A program made the position numbers and the translations under genes. A model generated the notes under the pieces. The model had not been told where the DNA came from, ran no database searches, and worked only from the letters and a program-made list of their open reading frames with translations. Positions 29,757-37,581 of a DNA stretch of 64,000 nucleotides are shown here, piece after piece. The stretch's first letter is position 1, and each line of letters starts with the position of its first letter. The DNA is from a virus. Taxonomy: Duplodnaviria > Caudoviricetes. The stretch covers positions 1 through 64,000 of the IMG/VR virus record IMGVR_UViG_2728369134_000004. The stretch is one strand, 5' to 3'.

Positions 29757-29969
29757 TTATTCGAACTTTTGTTCTCCGCTAACATTTATCTCACTAACTT
29801 CATTTATAATGACTCCTTTGTCTACTAAATCATCCTCAGTTCTTTTTAAACGTTTGATTGTATTAATAACTTCTTCTGTTGACTCTGCTTCAACGACAGC
29901 TTCATACACTTTTAATTCTGTGAAAGTCACATTAAATGTTTTCATTCTTTCTACTCCCTTTCTATTCAA
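29757..29969 (-). CDS. Hypothetical protein (cassette gene)
   Basis: Probable start MKTFNV directly after the motif and RBS. Confidence 0.65.
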   Translation of the reverse strand: MNRKGVERMKTFNVTFTELKVYEAVVEAESTEEVINTIKRLKRTEDDLVDKGVIINEVSEINVSGEQKFE

Positions 29970-30049
29970 ATAGCGTTTTTGTTCAAAATAATACTCCTAT
30001 CCATTTGGACACATTTACCAGTATTTTTACCAAAAAATTCATGATATGG

Positions 30050-30122
30050 TTATTTAGTCGAGTACGTCATTACTTGACAATTACCCTTAGGAACTCCGCA
30101 GACAAACGGGGTTTCTTTTATT
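30050..30122 (+). ncRNA. Putative sRNA cassette 1
   Basis: Hairpin 30057-30078, then terminator stem 30089-30116 with T tract; no ORF with RBS. Confidence 0.4.
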
Positions 30123-30138
30123 TAAATAACGATTTTGT

Positions 30139-30369
30139 TTAATTTCTAACTTTTATCACATTAGTTTTAAATGCTTCACCCTTACGGTTAAAAGATACAA
30201 TATTCATACCATGATAATCTCTGTGCCACCGGAAAGTTGGATCTAATCTATTATTAAACTCTCCATCAAACTTTCGTATCGTTGAAATTTTGATATTCTT
30301 CATTCCCATAAAATTTTCTTCACCTATTTTTGTCATTTGTCTATTTCTTGTATGTCTCATCCGTTCCAT
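30139..30369 (-). CDS. Hypothetical basic protein (cassette gene)
   Basis: 76 aa, GGAGGGG RBS, stop abuts the motif. Confidence 0.6.
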   Translation of the reverse strand: MERMRHTRNRQMTKIGEENFMGMKNIKISTIRKFDGEFNNRLDPTFRWHRDYHGMNIVSFNRKGEAFKTNVIKVRN

Positions 30370-30439
30370 TCCCCTCCATATCTTTTATCACTAAATGTAA
30401 ATATTAAGTTGTAAATTTAATTTACTTAGTGCTATAATT

Positions 30440-30542
30440 CGAGAGATCGATAGTTACATTCACTGATCAACCTCATGTAATTTTAATAAAAGTTCTCGAG
30501 ATTCAGCCCCTAACAGCGCACCGTTAGGGGCTGAATTCTTTC
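30440..30542 (+). ncRNA. Putative sigma-A sRNA cassette 2
   Basis: TTGTAA-N18-TATAAT with extended TG (30409-30438); perfect 14-bp terminator stem 30501-30536. Confidence 0.55.
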
Positions 30543-30599
30543 CAAATAAAGATTTTATTGTACAACTACACATACCTAAACAACATGCATACATTATGG

Positions 30600-30660
30600 T
30601 GTGTATTCATTCAATATAAGTTTTGGTAAGAGAGTTCTTTGGCAAGAGCTCTCTATTTTT
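30600..30660 (+). ncRNA. Putative sRNA cassette 3
   Basis: CATACATTA (sigma-K/E-like -10) at 30588-30596; terminator 30629-30660. Confidence 0.4.
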
Positions 30661-30676
30661 AAAATAAGAATTTTGT

Positions 30677-31351
30677 TTAGTATTCTGTCGAAGCAATGAT
30701 ACATGGATTTGTAATATTATCCCGCTTTATTACCCATTCGAATGACCTTAAAACATACGTTTCTCCACCTCTATGAATTACTGGTTCGATTGTGGCTACT
30801 CGTTGTTCTTCGTCAGGTAATTCATCAATGCTGATATGCATTTTGTCTTTCAAACTAACTTCCCCAACAAAATATTCTTCAATTTCCTCCCAATCTATGA
30901 ATTCCTCATAAAAGTTTTTCGCTTCCTCTTCGTTCTTTGCAGCTACCCAATCGTAATCATTCATTTTAAAAACTTTCATCAGTAGCTCTGGATTCTCATA
31001 AACATTTCCTACGACTTCACATTCTTCTGAAACCCAATCAATGTCCTCGTCAATTGGGCTATCCCCTAAATAAAACGAACAATTGCCATACGTTACTTTC
31101 CAATGACTATAAGTGGTCGCGGTGTTTTCTGGTGTTTCATACAGTGTAGGTCCTTTTAAAATGTCACCTACATAAATTTCTTTGCCGTTTTTATCCTTTA
31201 TTCCCGTGTATGGTAACAATGGAGAATAATATTGATCTTCTTTCCCGCCATTCTTCAAAGTGTCTTTTAAGCTATCAAAGTTCAAAATTTCTTCCCAGCT
31301 GTACATGATTCGATTTTCTTTACCATATATCCGATATTTAATTTCATTCAT
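30677..31351 (-). CDS. YopX family protein with an extra C-terminal domain
   Basis: IKYRIY...YTGIKDKNGKEIYVGDIL...EVVGNVYENPELL. Confidence 0.85.
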   Translation of the reverse strand: MNEIKYRIYGKENRIMYSWEEILNFDSLKDTLKNGGKEDQYYSPLLPYTGIKDKNGKEIYVGDILKGPTLYETPENTATTYSHWKVTYGNCSFYLGDSPIDEDIDWVSEECEVVGNVYENPELLMKVFKMNDYDWVAAKNEEEAKNFYEEFIDWEEIEEYFVGEVSLKDKMHISIDELPDEEQRVATIEPVIHRGGETYVLRSFEWVIKRDNITNPCIIASTEY

Positions 31352-31378
31352 ATCTCATTCTCCTTTTCTGCCAAATAA

Positions 31379-31924
31379 CTATTTTGTACTAATTGACTCC
31401 CAATCAAATGTTTCTAATATATTCAGTAATCGTTCCACTTTTGGTGCTCGCCATGCCGTCATAGCGTAAGTATGAGCTTTTGAAGTATAGTGGTAGTTAT
31501 TTAGTTTAAGATGATTTTTTGCTTCTTCTTTTGTTAAAAACATTGTGTCAGGAACAATGAAACCTTCTTCTTTCATAAAAGCTGTATCAAAGTAACCATC
31601 ATTATTTAAATTACTTTCTACATACTCCCATAAATCATCGAACCTCTCGCTTTCATCATAAATAAGCACCCTTAATTCCTGATCTTCATCAATCTCTTCA
31701 CTGTAATATTCCTCCAAGAACTCTTTCAAATCACTGAACTTATGAAAAGTAACAAGATCACCATCATTAAAGAATCGTTCCTCTTCACCGCTGTCGTATT
31801 TCTCATTTGCTGGAACCATTCTATAATCCTTAATAACCCAAAACCGTGGCGATGCATTTCCGTCAGTTTCCTGTGTAGTTAATTCTTGTTGCAATTCCTT
31901 TAAAAATTGAATATCCTTGTTCAT
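31379..31924 (-). CDS. Hypothetical phage protein (cassette gene)
   Basis: 181-aa ORF bounded by motifs. Confidence 0.75.
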   Translation of the reverse strand: MNKDIQFLKELQQELTTQETDGNASPRFWVIKDYRMVPANEKYDSGEEERFFNDGDLVTFHKFSDLKEFLEEYYSEEIDEDQELRVLIYDESERFDDLWEYVESNLNNDGYFDTAFMKEEGFIVPDTMFLTKEEAKNHLKLNNYHYTSKAHTYAMTAWRAPKVERLLNILETFDWESISTK

Positions 31925-31974
31925 TTCCCCGTTCCCCTTTACGAATAATCTTTTTTTACATTACACATACTATC

Positions 31975-32080
31975 TACAAGTCAACTTCCCATGACTACAC
32001 TCTTTCAAAACGGAGCTTGTTCCTCCGTACTGTTTTGGATCGCGGCAGGTAACTTAGTCACTTACCTGCCATTTTCTATT
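31975..32080 (+). ncRNA. Putative sigma-G-dependent sRNA cassette 4
   Basis: GAATA-N18-CATACTA (31943-31972); hairpin carrying TTCCTCC; terminator GGCAGGTAA/TTACCTGCC 32044-32070. Confidence 0.55.
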
Positions 32081-32096
32081 CAAATAACGCTTTTGT

Positions 32097-32486
32097 TTAG
32101 TTTTCAATTAGCACTAACAAGTCATAATTTGATTCAATAAATTCCATGCATAATTTTCTGTTTACGTCGTTTCCTAAACGTTCATAAATCAATAGCATTT
32201 CATGTTTTGTAAAGCTTGTCCCTAATAACTGGTTAAAGCTTTTTAAGATTTTTCTAGATTTATAATCACTCAAACTTTTACTAATTGGTCTTGATAACCA
32301 AGCAAACATCTTACATATAAAATCCATATGATTTTCTACATCTTCTAATCTGAAATAAAGGTTGCTTCTAGGGTCGAATATCAATTCGTTACTACTATTT
32401 ACAAAAGCCTTCGGGAAAAATCCCTGTGTCTTTTTTACTAAGCTTTGTACTTCTTCATTCATTTCTCGTTCCCCATTTCTGTACAA
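32097..32486 (-). CDS. Hypothetical phage protein (cassette gene)
   Basis: ~121-129 aa ORF bounded by motifs. Confidence 0.75.
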   Translation of the reverse strand: MYRNGEREMNEEVQSLVKKTQGFFPKAFVNSSNELIFDPRSNLYFRLEDVENHMDFICKMFAWLSRPISKSLSDYKSRKILKSFNQLLGTSFTKHEMLLIYERLGNDVNRKLCMEFIESNYDLLVLIEN

Positions 32487-32501
32487 AATTCAAATTTTGT
32501 C

Positions 32502-32984
32502 TTACTTTACGCCCGTACTTCCAAATCCACCTGTCCCACGATCACTACGTGATAGCTCGTCTACCTCAACAAAATTAGCTGTTTCGACTGGCGCTATGAC
32601 ACCTTGGGCGATGCGATCTCCCTTTTTAACCACATATGTCACACTCTTGAATATTTCATGTTCATCATTGATACCTAATGTAATTGAATTACCTGGATAT
32701 GATATATTGCTGACTATAACTCCTACCTCACCTCTAAAACCGCTATCCGCCGTACCGAGCACTACTCTAAGAAACGTTTTACGTGAAATTCCGCTTCTTG
32801 GTCTCACCTGAAGTTCAAATCCTGGTGGTATTTCGAATGCCAATCCTGTAGGGATTACTTTCGTTTGCCCTGGCTCAATAATTGTGCCTTCCGCTGCTAC
32901 AAGATCAAAACCGCTATCTCCTGGCTTCGCATACTTAGGCAAATCCACATCTTTCACTCGCTTAATCTTCACTCGTAAATTCAT
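32502..32984 (-). CDS. dut: Trimeric dUTPase
   Basis: SGFDL, RPRSG, GTADSGFRGE, RIAQ, RGTGGFGSTG motifs. Confidence 0.95.
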   Translation of the reverse strand: MNLRVKIKRVKDVDLPKYAKPGDSGFDLVAAEGTIIEPGQTKVIPTGLAFEIPPGFELQVRPRSGISRKTFLRVVLGTADSGFRGEVGVIVSNISYPGNSITLGINDEHEIFKSVTYVVKKGDRIAQGVIAPVETANFVEVDELSRSDRGTGGFGSTGVK

Positions 32985-32988
32985 TCCA

Positions 32989-33165
32989 TTACGCCCCTTT
33001 TAATGAACTTTCAATTCGTTGCTTACGTGTAAGTAAATCTTCTAAATTACCTTCTGTTTTCTTTTTCTCAAGCCCTAACATATTTAAATGTAGTTTCATG
33101 TTGCTTATATCTGAATTAACACTTTCTAATTCTGACTCCAGTTGAACCCTTGTTTCTTTCTTCAT
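32989..33165 (-). CDS. 58-aa coiled-coil protein, not in ORF track
   Basis: MKKETRVQLESELE...; GGAGG RBS. Confidence 0.6.
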   Translation of the reverse strand: MKKETRVQLESELESVNSDISNMKLHLNMLGLEKKKTEGNLEDLLTRKQRIESSLKGA

Positions 33166-33175
33166 GCAATCCCTC

Positions 33176-33430
33176 CTACAGTCCTAAATGCTCCATGATC
33201 TTACCGATGTTCTCATCGAAACCAATGTATGGTTTCCCCTCGATAATAAACGTTGGTAATGAACTAGATTTATATACAGCTTGTAATACATGCAGGTTGT
33301 TTTTGTCCTCATCCACATTTCTTTCAATCAATTCCACTTCATGTCCTATCGGTAGGTTGTTCAACATTTCTTTTGCTCTTTTGCATTTCGGACAAGAATT
33401 TCCAGTGTATATAATGATCTTAGTTGCCAT
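33176..33430 (-). CDS. Glutaredoxin/NrdH-like redoxin
   Basis: YTGNSCPKC, SLPTFII, IGFD. Confidence 0.88.
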   Translation of the reverse strand: MATKIIIYTGNSCPKCKRAKEMLNNLPIGHEVELIERNVDEDKNNLHVLQAVYKSSSLPTFIIEGKPYIGFDENIGKIMEHLGL

Positions 33431-33496
33431 TCTCTTCAGTCTCCTTCACTTCTGCTAATAATTGAGTAATTTCAAACGTGCCATGCTCTGTATATT

Positions 33497-33700
33497 TCAT
33501 TGTTCTTCCTCCCTGTGATCTGCTAAAATATCCTCTAATGTGATTGCCGTATTTTCTAATGTGTGCCACTGTCCTTTATGAAATCCCGATAATCCTAAAT
33601 CCCCACTATCAAAAGCTTTGTCAGCTTCTTTTCTGCTCTCTACTGCCGATTCACGTAATCCTCTTATAAGCTCTTCAATCGCTTCTCTCATTTTCTCCAT
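33497..33700 (-). CDS. Hypothetical phage protein
   Basis: 67-aa ORF. Confidence 0.6.
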   Translation of the reverse strand: MEKMREAIEELIRGLRESAVESRKEADKAFDSGDLGLSGFHKGQWHTLENTAITLEDILADHREEEQ

Positions 33701-33815
33701 CTCCTTTTAGTAGCCCCGCCAGTTCCTCGCAACTCCCTTCAAACAAGTCGCGCCCATCCGGTAGCTTGTATATGTGATTATCGATTAATTTGTTGATTAA
33801 AACGTCTTGCTCCAT
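33675..33815 (-). CDS. FbpA-like 46-aa protein, not in ORF track
   Basis: LINKLIDNHIYKLPDGRDLFEGSCEEL; GGAGG RBS. Confidence 0.6.
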   Translation of the reverse strand: MEQDVLINKLIDNHIYKLPDGRDLFEGSCEELAGLLKGDGENERSD

Positions 33816-33823
33816 GTTGCCTC

Positions 33824-34513
33824 CTAGCTGATTTGTTTCTTTTTGTATTTCCTTGGTGGTTTTGTTGCTGCCTCGTACGGATCCATCTTCCTTTTTACCC
33901 TTTGATAAAACGCTTTACTATTAATTCCGTTCGCTTCTGCTAAAGGAATGTATCTCTCAAACCCCTTTGGCTTTGTCGCTGCTTCGTATGGTGTCATTCC
34001 TTCTTTTCGGCGGCGATAGTATGTCGAATCGCTTATCCCATTACTTCTGGCTAATTTCAGCATTTTCACATTCTTTTCTTTCCCTTCATAACTCGTACCA
34101 ACTGGTGAAGTAATTGCGCGTTCCATCGTCCATCCATGACGTAATCTTTGGTCAAGCAACTTTTCACTCACTCCAATTGAAACAGCTTGTTTAATTTCCT
34201 CTTTGGATGGTTTTTGATAGTTTATTTTTCGATATACAGTCGCTGGGATTGTTGCTGCCTCTTCTGGTGTCCATTTCCGACGTTTCCCATATAGAATCCT
34301 CGATCTGAATGTTTTGTAATCAATTCCATTCTTCTTTGCTAACTCAACGTACTTTCGATACTTTCTTGCGAATTCGCCACTCAATGGTTCTGTAATTGCC
34401 TGCTCAACTGTTTTCTTTCCTTTTTTAATTCGTTGATTTACAGTCTGCCTACTAATACCATTCTGTTCCGCTATTTTATATTGCACTTCCGTTGGTTTCT
34501 CCTTACTTTCCAT
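33824..34513 (-). CDS. Repeat protein, 5 HTH-like units (PVL ORF50/SA1788-like repeat)
   Basis: A..NGI...T...R...W....A.T.P repeats. Confidence 0.75.
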   Translation of the reverse strand: MESKEKPTEVQYKIAEQNGISRQTVNQRIKKGKKTVEQAITEPLSGEFARKYRKYVELAKKNGIDYKTFRSRILYGKRRKWTPEEAATIPATVYRKINYQKPSKEEIKQAVSIGVSEKLLDQRLRHGWTMERAITSPVGTSYEGKEKNVKMLKLARSNGISDSTYYRRRKEGMTPYEAATKPKGFERYIPLAEANGINSKAFYQRVKRKMDPYEAATKPPRKYKKKQIS

Positions 34514-34883
34514 TCCTTGTCACCTTCTTTTTCCTTACCCTTGACGATATTTCTGCTGCTTCTTTTTTAGTCAATCTTGGGACTGTCGCAGCTTCAATTG
34601 GTTCCCAAAAAGATTCTTTAATACGTTGGCGAAATAACCGATATCCAATTCCGTTTTCCACCGCTATTGCTAGTTCTTTCTTGTACTTTTTCGTAAATGA
34701 TTCATTCACAGGTCGTGTGATAGCTTTTAATATGTTCCAACCTCGTATAATCCTCTGATCTACGTTGCATTTGCTAATACCATTGTTCTTAGCAATTTCA
34801 TATTGTTCCCAAGTTGGAACTGGAAGGTAATTATTCTCCGTGCTTGCATATTCTTCTTCGGCATACCACCGATCTAAATCCAT
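34503..34883 (-). CDS. Repeat protein, 2 HTH-like units
   Basis: Same repeat. Confidence 0.75.
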   Translation of the reverse strand: MDLDRWYAEEEYASTENNYLPVPTWEQYEIAKNNGISKCNVDQRIIRGWNILKAITRPVNESFTKKYKKELAIAVENGIGYRLFRQRIKESFWEPIEAATVPRLTKKEAAEISSRVRKKKVTRNGK

Positions 34884-34885
34884 TT

Positions 34886-35347
34886 TCAGATTGCCTCCTT
34901 CTTAGCTCTATGTTTAATATTAGGCGGAGTCGTTATAGCGCGTTCTATCTCCCATTTAAGTACAAAGACTCTAGTTCTTACTGTTCGTTTTCCAATGCCG
35001 TTATTTAGTGCTATGCGGTATTGTGACGGCGTTATGATATCTGTTTTGGAGTGTGCTCTTTTCGTGCATTCTATTGGCGATAAAACTGGCGTCGTTGCCG
35101 CATCATCAGGATTCCAGTTGTAACGTTTAATCCTGGAGAAGAACGTATCATATGAGATACCATTTTGTTGTGCCAATTCCCATTGTTTTGCATACAGTTT
35201 TTTTAAACTAACGAATAAAGGCTTACTAATTGCGTCCTTTACAGTCCAACCATAAACATTAATCCGCTGATCTACCGTACACTTCTTTATTCCGTTACGT
35301 TTTGCGATTTCATATTCTTCCCAAGTAGGAACAGGACTATATTCCAT
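34886..35347 (-). CDS. Repeat protein, 3 HTH-like units
   Basis: Same repeat. Confidence 0.75.
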   Translation of the reverse strand: MEYSPVPTWEEYEIAKRNGIKKCTVDQRINVYGWTVKDAISKPLFVSLKKLYAKQWELAQQNGISYDTFFSRIKRYNWNPDDAATTPVLSPIECTKRAHSKTDIITPSQYRIALNNGIGKRTVRTRVFVLKWEIERAITTPPNIKHRAKKEAI

Positions 35348-35372
35348 AAAGTTTCACCTTCCTCACTTTAAA

Positions 35373-35798
35373 TTAGTTACAACAACGTCTCCCGGTTTCT
35401 ATTGGCGGAACAGTAGCTGCCAATTCTATATCCCACTTATAATTACGTATCCGTGAGTGAAATGTTTGATAGTTAATTCCATTTGCTTCAGCTAACTTAG
35501 CCATTTCTTTAATAAATTCAGATGGCTTTTTAACTGGTTTCGTGGCTGCTTCTTCTGGAGTAAACCCTAAATTAATTCGGCTATAAAATGTGTTGGGATT
35601 CATTCCGTTTTTCACTGCGATTTCTAGCCAGATTTCAGATTGGCTTTTTTTAGAAGCGCGTTTCTTTCCTGGTGGGGTTGTTACGGCCTCTACAACATCC
35701 CAAGCGCAGTTGTAAACACGATTTCTTAAAGTATTCTTATTTATTCCGTTTTCTTCAGCTCGTTGATAATCAGATTGACTTAAAATCCCCTTTTTCAT
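35373..35798 (-). CDS. Repeat protein, 3 HTH-like units
   Basis: Same repeat. Confidence 0.75.
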   Translation of the reverse strand: MKKGILSQSDYQRAEENGINKNTLRNRVYNCAWDVVEAVTTPPGKKRASKKSQSEIWLEIAVKNGMNPNTFYSRINLGFTPEEAATKPVKKPSEFIKEMAKLAEANGINYQTFHSRIRNYKWDIELAATVPPIETGRRCCN

Positions 35799-35808
35799 TG
35801 CAATCCCC

Positions 35809-36090
35809 CTAATCTAAATTCATAATCTCTGCTAAAGCCCTTGCGCTTACAACAGTTTTTATAATTTGTATTCTTCCGTGCTTTGCTATGGCATCGCTCT
35901 TCGCATCATCTTCACTTTTCACTTCAAACCAATCAATTTTCTGCTTATCCTCCTGATCATAGAAGTGAACTTCATACGTAGGCGTTATATCGTTATGGCT
36001 GTTATTATGTAGGAACTTTTCTGAAGTACTAGTGGCTGCATAATCAAAAGTTCCTATGACATCCTCAAACGAAAGTTGACCGCTTTTCAC
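35809..36090 (-). CDS. Hypothetical phage protein
   Basis: 93-aa ORF in the early operon. Confidence 0.65.
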   Translation of the reverse strand: MKSGQLSFEDVIGTFDYAATSTSEKFLHNNSHNDITPTYEVHFYDQEDKQKIDWFEVKSEDDAKSDAIAKHGRIQIIKTVVSARALAEIMNLD

Positions 36091-36287
36091 GATGCAATCC
36101 CTGATTTCTCTTCCTGCTGCATACGATGGATTTCCATTATCCTCGCTATAACGGCATGACGCTTTCTATCCACTTCCTCAGGCGTCTGGTTCGCAGCCTG
36201 GCAAACGCATGGCCCGAATTGATACATACCCATTCCAGTTCCGTTTTGAATTACTCCAGTACCATTACACGCGCACATAATCGTCAT
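36087..36287 (-). CDS. Small Cys-rich phage protein
   Basis: CACNGTG...PCVC. Confidence 0.65.
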   Translation of the reverse strand: MTIMCACNGTGVIQNGTGMGMYQFGPCVCQAANQTPEEVDRKRHAVIARIMEIHRMQQEEKSGIAS

Positions 36288-36738
36288 CCTTTCTTATTAC
36301 AACTTCAATTCCCCGTTCTGATATTTGGGCTATTGCAAAGGCCATGTTATTTTGACCTGATATTTGTAAGCGTAGTTTGTTGAAGATGTATAGTAATTCT
36401 TTGTATGAAAATTCAATCTTTTTACCTGTTGGCTGTCGCAGTAATTGCCCTTCCTTTTTTTCAAACACATCGATTTTTATACCATTCTTATCTTCCTCTA
36501 TTTGCTGTTGTACTTCCCGTATACTCTTGCGGTACCCATAACGCTTGCCAACCTCTTTTATTAGGTCAAACAACGTTTTCATTTCAATCCTTTTAACAGT
36601 TGGATCTCCATAGCAAATTGAGCAAGCTGTCATTTCCTTCTCTTCAATACGTACCTCGTGTATATCGATGTTATCAATTGCTGCACCGCATATATCGCAA
36701 TATGGTTTAGATGGAGCTTGTACATCGTCAAATAACAT
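36265..36738 (-). CDS. Zinc-finger phage protein
   Basis: CDICG...CSIC. Confidence 0.7.
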   Translation of the reverse strand: MLFDDVQAPSKPYCDICGAAIDNIDIHEVRIEEKEMTACSICYGDPTVKRIEMKTLFDLIKEVGKRYGYRKSIREVQQQIEEDKNGIKIDVFEKKEGQLLRQPTGKKIEFSYKELLYIFNKLRLQISGQNNMAFAIAQISERGIEVVIRKDDDYVRV

Positions 36739-36753
36739 TTTCCTTCTCCCCTT

Positions 36754-37581
36754 TTACGCTTCTTTGAATCTTTGAAGACGTTGCTTAGCAATCTCTCTTC
36801 TGTAGCTTTCTGCTTTATTTTCAACCGTGAGGCTTGTTTCAACCATTCGATCATAGGAACGCTTTCCTACTTGGTTCTGTAGTTCTTTAGGTTGAAGATT
36901 ACTTGTATATAAGGTAGGAAGCTCTTTTCTATATCGGCCATCTATAATATTGAACAATTTCTCTTCTACCCATTCCGTAGTCTTTTCTGCTCCAATATCA
37001 TCTAATATAAGTAAGTCGCATTCTAAAAGTGCTCTCATAATTTGTGTTTCATTTTCTTTGTTTTCACTGTTAAACGTACTACGAATGCGTTGCAATAACT
37101 CCGGAACGCTTTGAAATACAACGATATATCCTTTTTTCGAAAGTTCATTTACAATTGCTGCAGCTAGGTGAGTTTTACCGTTCCCAGGATCTCCCCAAAT
37201 CATTAATGATTCGCCATTCCATTCTTTAAATGTTTTTACATACTTCATCGCTATTTTGTAAGCAGTCTCGGATCCATTTCTATCTAGAAAGGATTCAAAA
37301 GTACTTTTCGAGAATCTTTCTCCTAAATTACTGATACTAAACAACTTTTCTATTTCTCGTTTCTTAGCAAAGTTTTGAGCTTCACGTATTTTTGCTTCTT
37401 CACGTTCCACAACACATTCACAAGTAGGAAGGATTTTATTTTTAATACGTAGTTGTGGCACTTCAACAGTTATTGCTGCAATGTATTTATTGCAATGCTC
37501 ACATGTATATCCTTCTGTTTCTTCATTACAAGCCGATGTATTCACTATCCGAGTCATTACTCTTCCGATCGATTCCGACAC
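36754..37581 (-). CDS. DnaC/IstB-like helicase loader ATPase
   Basis: GDPGNGKT, LILDDIG, YTSN. Confidence 0.92.
   Translation of the reverse strand: MSESIGRVMTRIVNTSACNEETEGYTCEHCNKYIAAITVEVPQLRIKNKILPTCECVVEREEAKIREAQNFAKKREIEKLFSISNLGERFSKSTFESFLDRNGSETAYKIAMKYVKTFKEWNGESLMIWGDPGNGKTHLAAAIVNELSKKGYIVVFQSVPELLQRIRSTFNSENKENETQIMRALLECDLLILDDIGAEKTTEWVEEKLFNIIDGRYRKELPTLYTSNLQPKELQNQVGKRSYDRMVETSLTVENKAESYRREIAKQRLQRFKEA

Larger units (their letters stand above)
29967..32501 (-). repeat. Eight 17-bp boundary motifs, minus-strand consensus nACAAAAnnnnTATTTn
   Basis: 29967-83, 30123-39, 30543-59, 30661-77, 31372-88, 31942-58, 32081-97, 32485-501; each at a unit boundary. Confidence 0.8.

Noticed and set aside
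29762-29776. SOS-box-like CGAAC-TTTTT-GTTCT
   Set aside because: Spacer is 5 nt rather than 4, and it lies in a gene 3' end
29967-32501. CRISPR array interpretation of the repeated motif
   Set aside because: Repeats are 17 bp and degenerate, intervals are ~100-700 bp and contain genes, and no cas genes are present
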